DNA of 64,000 nucleotides from Plasmodiophora brassicae (Eukaryota): NCBI GenBank assembly GCA_036867785.1, contig CP145427.1, positions 248,001 to 312,000 of the forward strand, read 5' to 3'. Shown piece by piece: positions 58,701 to 64,000 of this stretch (position 1 is its first letter; each line of letters starts with the position of its first letter). The notes under the pieces were generated by a model. It saw only the letters and a program-made list of their open reading frames with translations, ran no database searches and was not told where the DNA came from. The position numbers and the translations under genes were made by a program.

Positions 58701-59822
58701 TTTTGGAAGCGAAATGACGCTGACGGGCGGACGGGATGGGATAGTCGCCGACCCACAGGCCAATTCAGAAAAGAAAGCAGCCCGGACGGCGACCCGTGAT
58801 TTGTTAGGGCGAGGGTAGTACCTACATTGCGCCGCTGCAGGCTGCGGACGTCCGTACGGACTCCGCGACCTGGTGTGCGACGCCCAGCAGAACAGATCTC
58901 CTTTCGAGTGGTGTGCTGCTCGAACGACTTCCAGAATCCTGGTTTGGGAATGGGTACGTCCTTGTTTTAATCGGTGTATTGCCAACGAGGCTTCCAGCGA
59001 AAACATGTTCATATCCCATGCATGGTTTTTCCTCCTTAACGTTTGGCAGATTGATTTCCTTGGTTTGAGCGGCAGCTTGTCCATTGAGCGCATTCTGCCG
59101 TATAGAAATTGGATACATCTTTATCATGCTCTTCGGTATCAACTGGAATGTTAATCTAACCCGGGTCTTAGGTCGCATCGAACATATGCCCAGTCACTGA
59201 ACGCCAAATGTACCCCTGGCAAGGTCAGTGCATTCGCTTGGCCATTACCTACCTATTTTCGGGACTTGACGAAATCATACCTATGGCAATTCTTGTAATG
59301 AGAAAATGATAATTGCAAATGTATTCATACTGTCTGACCCATCTCTTGATTTTCTTCTTTGTTCCACTCCAATTCCCTGCTCTAATGTCGATATAGGTCT
59401 TCAACAACCAAGAATATGTCGATGACCTGCCGCCGCGCAACTCATTCTACAAAGGACGGACCTGATGCTTTGCTCACTCGCAGCATCGAGCCACCGACCC
59501 GCACCCTCTTCTGCTAACCCAGCTGCCCAGCCGCGCTACCTTACCACTGTCCCGGTTGCGTAGGATGTCACCAATAAACCTGGCGGATCCTATGTTGTTA
59601 TTGTCCAGATGCGCTTGTGTGAACAGGTTTACCTAATCCGTTGTGTACGTTCGGGCAAACGGGGGAGTGCGCGTCCTTGTACGGAACGTCACCTTGCGAT
59701 GATCAGTTGATCACGTTCATCATCCATGCCCTTTTCCAGAAAAGTTCCGTGGGGGTGTGCCCGTGGCCGCGTCGTTGTTGTCGTTCGGGTTCTCCGGACC
59801 GGTCGCGCCCGCGTCATTGCGC

Positions 59823-62470
59823 ATGTCGTCGTGTAGCCACTGGCCCAACGAGGACAGCTTGGCGCTGCCGGGTTCGTCAGCCGTCGTCGTCAACGACGAG
59901 TGCTCGCAGTGCTTCCGCACGCCGGTCGTAGGCGGCCCCCGACGCCGTCCTGCGGTATCGCTGACTCCACTGTGTTGGCTCAGGTCGACGCGGATAGCTT
60001 ATACATCTGCATTCGGTGCTATAATGGCGGGTGCTTAACCCACGCCGTCCAACATGCCAAAGTGGCACAACATTCTGTTGCTGTGCGCCTGAAGAAGACT
60101 GTGAAGCCGTCCACAGAAGTGAGCCCCCTTCATGCCGGTTTCGTACACGGCTTCTCTGATCGGTTGCAGGAATCTCGTCCTCAGAAGGTCACCAAACTTG
60201 CGATTGGAGTCGAAGGAGGGTTCTCAGTACCGAAACCTCCAGAATACGACGTGGAGACTTCGTTCACGTGCATGGCCTGTCCTGACCATCCGCAGAAACC
60301 CATCACTGCCGCGACGAAAGCGTTCGTCGATGCCATTGTCGGGCATCGGTCCATGGCAGCGACTTCGCAGGTGGATACCTGGGTCGAAGAGCGTGTCACT
60401 TGCTCGCACGTGGTCGACCTGGAGCAACACAGTGGCGTTCATCTGCAGCCGAAGAACTTGGCACACTGCGCGTCGTGCGATTTAACGGAGAACCTGTGGC
60501 TGTGTATGACATGTGGGGCCTTGGGATGTGGAAGGCCCATCTACGGTGGTGGCGGTGGACGAGGCCATGCACTGGAACACTACCAGCAGACCGGGCACCC
60601 GACGTCATGCAAGGTCGGCCAAATGGTACCATTGTTCACCGGCGTTGCTGACCACAGCTTAGGTTGGGACGATCACTGCAGATGGTGCTGATATTTACTG
60701 CTACAATTGTGACGAAATGCGCCTAGATGAGGTAGATCGTGCTGCTACCTTAACGTACCACACTGATTGCCCAATGATCGTAGCAACTTGCGGCACACAT
60801 GGCCACGTTTGGCATTGCGATCCATGAGCAACGGAAAACGGCGCAGACGACGGAGGAGATGGAGCTGGAGAGGAATCTCAATTACGAATGGTCGAAGGTC
60901 ATCGAGAAAGGCGATGCGATGCAGTTGCTGTGGGGTCCCGGCCACACTGGTCTCATCAACCTGGGCAACAGTTGCTACATGGCGGCCTCGGTTCAGGTGC
61001 TCTTCTCTTTGGACGCGTTTCGCCAACGATACTATGAGCAAGGGTATGTTGTTCCTGTGTCGTTAAGGGTTAAGGAAATTAACTCATCCGTCTAGACGAG
61101 CGCACATCGCGTCCTGCACATCGCAGCAACCGTACAATTGCTTCTCGTGTCAGATGGCGAAGCTTGCGCATGGTCTTTGGAGCGGCGAATATTCGAAGCG
61201 GCCCGAGGGTCTCGACGACGAGCCGCAGTCGACGGTATGCAACGACGAGCTGCCGGCACAAGTCGTGTCGCAGCCAGGCGTTTCCCCCAAGATGTTCAAA
61301 CGACTTGTTGCGGAATCGCATGCTGAATTCCGAAGCACGCGCCAGCAAGACGCACAAGAGTTTATCCAGGTATGGCTCTAGAGGCCCCGTTCTCCATCGC
61401 TCTGATTCCGCTCTTTGCAGTATTTCCTGCAATTCGTTCGTCAGCAAGAGCATCGCCTTCAGGGCCCCGATCCGACAGATGCGCTTGAGTTCGTCATGGA
61501 GACGAGGTTGCAGTGTCTGAATTGCCACCGTGTCCGGTATCGTTCGATCAACACCACCGAACTGTCTGTCACCCTTCCTACTGACGCTCCTGCGCCGAAA
61601 TCGGACGATGATGAAACCTCCATCCCGTTCAAGGACGTTATCGCCCAGTTTCTGGGAAGCTCCCGTGTCGAAGACTTCAAGTGCCCGCAATGTTCCTCCA
61701 GAACAACCGCCGAGACGTCTGTCCGGCTGGCAACGTTCCCTGAGATCCTCATGGTTCACGTTCGTCGGTTCGTCCACGATGGTTGGGTACCTCGCAAGCT
61801 CACTGCGAAGATCGACGTTCCGACCAGTCCGTTCTCGCTTGAGCCGCTGCGATCACATGGCATGCAAGCCGATGAGCAACCGCTGCCGGAGGACGCACCG
61901 GCCAGGTTTACACCAAACCCAGCCTTAGTGGAACAACTTCGACAAATGGGCTTCACCGAGAATGCCTGCGGTCGCGCGTTACAAGCTGTGAACAACAGCG
62001 GCGCTGAGGAAGCCATGGAATGGCTATTTGCTCATGTTGACGATCCGAACCTGAATGATCCGGTTCCGCCTCCATCAAGTGCTGCGACCAGCGCGTCTGC
62101 TGATCCAGGCGCCATTGCGAACCTGGCCGCTATGGGGTTCGAGGAGCAACGCTGCGCCTATGCGCTTCAGCAGACATCAGGAGACGTTGAGCGTGCGCTT
62201 GACTGGCTATTCAGCCACGAAGGCGAGCCCATCGACGATTCCAAAGGTGCGCCTCCCCGTCTTCCTGGTGTGAAGGACGCCCCGGCAACGTATGCTCTTG
62301 CTGCTGTTATAACCCATCTGGGCGAGAGCACCAGTCATGGCCATTATGTCGCACACGTCCACCGCCCCGACGAGCACAAATGGATCTACTTCAACGACAA
62401 CAAGGTGTCCGACTCGGCCAGGCCGCCTATCAAGCAAGGCTACCTGTACTTCTTCCGTCGATGTTCGTAG
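59823..62470 (+). CDS. USP5: Ubiquitin-specific protease 5/13 (isopeptidase T, Ubp14)
   Basis: ZnF-UBP (NLWLCMTCGALGCGR), Cys box TGLINLGNSCYMAAS, RQQDAQEF, two UBA domains (MGF), His box THLGESTSHGHYVAH. Confidence 0.96.
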
Positions 62471-62704
62471 TTGTCGGCAATTACTGTCGATCCATCTACT
62501 ACACGAAACTATGCTCCTTCAGGGTCAGCGAGTCTTAAGCGGAATAGGTACTGCCATCGGACTGTGGTCGAAGACAACAAGTGCAGTGCGGACATCAGGA
62601 AGCATTGCCGTTGACAGGGAGTTTGACGTTTTCCTTGACCCGAAACAGGGTGCCTGTATGGTTTAAATGTCTCGAGCGACAATTGGAAACGCGATGTTGG
62701 CGTT

Positions 62705-64000
62705 TTAGGTCAAAGTAGGTGGCACCGGCGGCCTTGGCGGCTTCGACGGATGGGTAGGTCTGACGTCGGCAACTGAAACGCCACTGCAGATCAACTGGTG
62801 AACTGTCAGAAATCGCCAGACACGACCCCGGCCCAACGGCCACGACGACACTCCCCCAGCATCTACAGTTTCGCGAACTGTTCGAATCATGCCATTAACC
62901 GCAACCAACACGACAGAGAGCTCCCACTTCCTGCTTGTGTGCCACTTGTGCTGCGCCCGTGTCCCCTGTACCTCCGGTAGTCAACGTTACGCTTCCCGCA
63001 CACTTCCGTACCAGAGCGCCTGCACCAATGTGTATTTCAACAATGCTGACAGCTCAAGTACATTCATATCAGCATTCAACGCGGACGTGGGATGGAATCC
63101 TGTTCAACGGGTTGACGGTCAGGGCACGCACCATAGCACATTTGGCCGGCCAGGTGCTGATCGTCCGACAAATGGGGTTCCCTGTCAGCACCCTGTGCGC
63201 AAATGTGAGACGCTCTGTCAAGGAGAACAAGCAGTCGAGCGTACAGCTTTTTCAGCGAACGAAGTCGACTAAACACGCCCACCGCGATCGTGCTGATCTG
63301 GTTGTCATCCAAATAACTGGACACACGTCAGATGATGGCGATATACAACCTGTACGGCGAAACATACAGGGTCGTCAGAGACGTGAGTCCATCGAAAATG
63401 CCCTTCTTGAGCTTGCCAACCTGGTTACCACTCAAATATCTGTACACACGTCAGGTTATGATCTAAACCTGTCCACTATACATACAGGTCGGTCAGCCTT
63501 GACAGTCCATCGAAAACGCCTTTCTCAAGCTTGCTGATCTTGTTGAAGTTCAAATACCTGTATCGACGTTAGGTGATGGCCTTGGACCTAGAACTATGGC
63601 ATACGTACAAGACCTTCAGCGACGACATGCCTCCGAAAACGCCCTCCTCGAACTCGCTGAGTTTGTTGCCATCCAAGGAGCTGCACGAAACAGGTCAACA
63701 CGTGACGCCTGTGGAGCAGTGCATTTGCCATCGATGCGCATACAGGGTGGTCAGCGACGGCAGGTGATCGAACGCAATCTTCGGGATCCAGACGATCCGA
63801 TTGTTCGCTAGGTTTCTGTAGCGATGCAAACTTAGTCGAGCCTTGCTGACGTGGGAAGTATTCTTATGGATATACGCACAGGGTAACCAGCGACGACAAC
63901 CCTAGGAATGCGTGGCTCTGGACGAAAAACATCTGGTGAAGCCGATTGCCACTCAGGACACTATGAGGCGAATATCATCCATATGCCGTAATGTACAAAT
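62705..64000 (-). CDS. Leucine-rich-repeat protein, about one 24-aa LRR per exon; 5' end outside the window
   Basis: Exons LDGNKLSEFEEGVFGGMSSLKVL, LNFNKISKLEKGVFDGL, LSGNQVGKLKKGIFDGLTSLTTL and LDDNQISTIAVGVFSRLRSLKKL. The 3' structure is uncertain. Confidence 0.75.

Noticed and set aside
58700-59600. Further decayed paralog of the 56675..58082 family
   Set aside because: Only a faint resemblance (GNWSGTKKKIKRWVRQY); insufficient evidence.

Overview
Eukaryotic, GC-rich, very compact genomic DNA with short GT-AG introns (about 45-75 bp). Flagellar and centriole genes plus many lineage-specific secreted-protein families resemble a phytomyxid plant pathogen such as Plasmodiophora; this is an inference and was not verified. 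Conserved genes: Ric8, class 3 lipase, three MEF2-type MADS-box factors, tectonic, radial spoke head RSP4/6, Cep57-like, ankyrin-SAM, NSUN5, poly(A) polymerase and USP5/13. Accessory content: four related secreted proteins interleaved with Gypsy relics, a 553-bp miniature LTR element with identical LTRs and a TSD, an expansin-like protein, a ~12-kb tandem duplication with an internal deletion, and a hAT relic ending in a 241-bp fold-back. Best candidates for new biology: (1) two secreted, NLS-bearing proteins ending in a HicA-like RNase-toxin domain; (2) a duplicated head-to-head pair of membrane proteins with diverged N-terminal ectodomains and conserved C-termini; (3) a possible local MADS regulon, with MEF2 consensus sites upstream of secreted genes and of one MADS gene. 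Exon structures were deduced by eye, so some boundaries are approximate.
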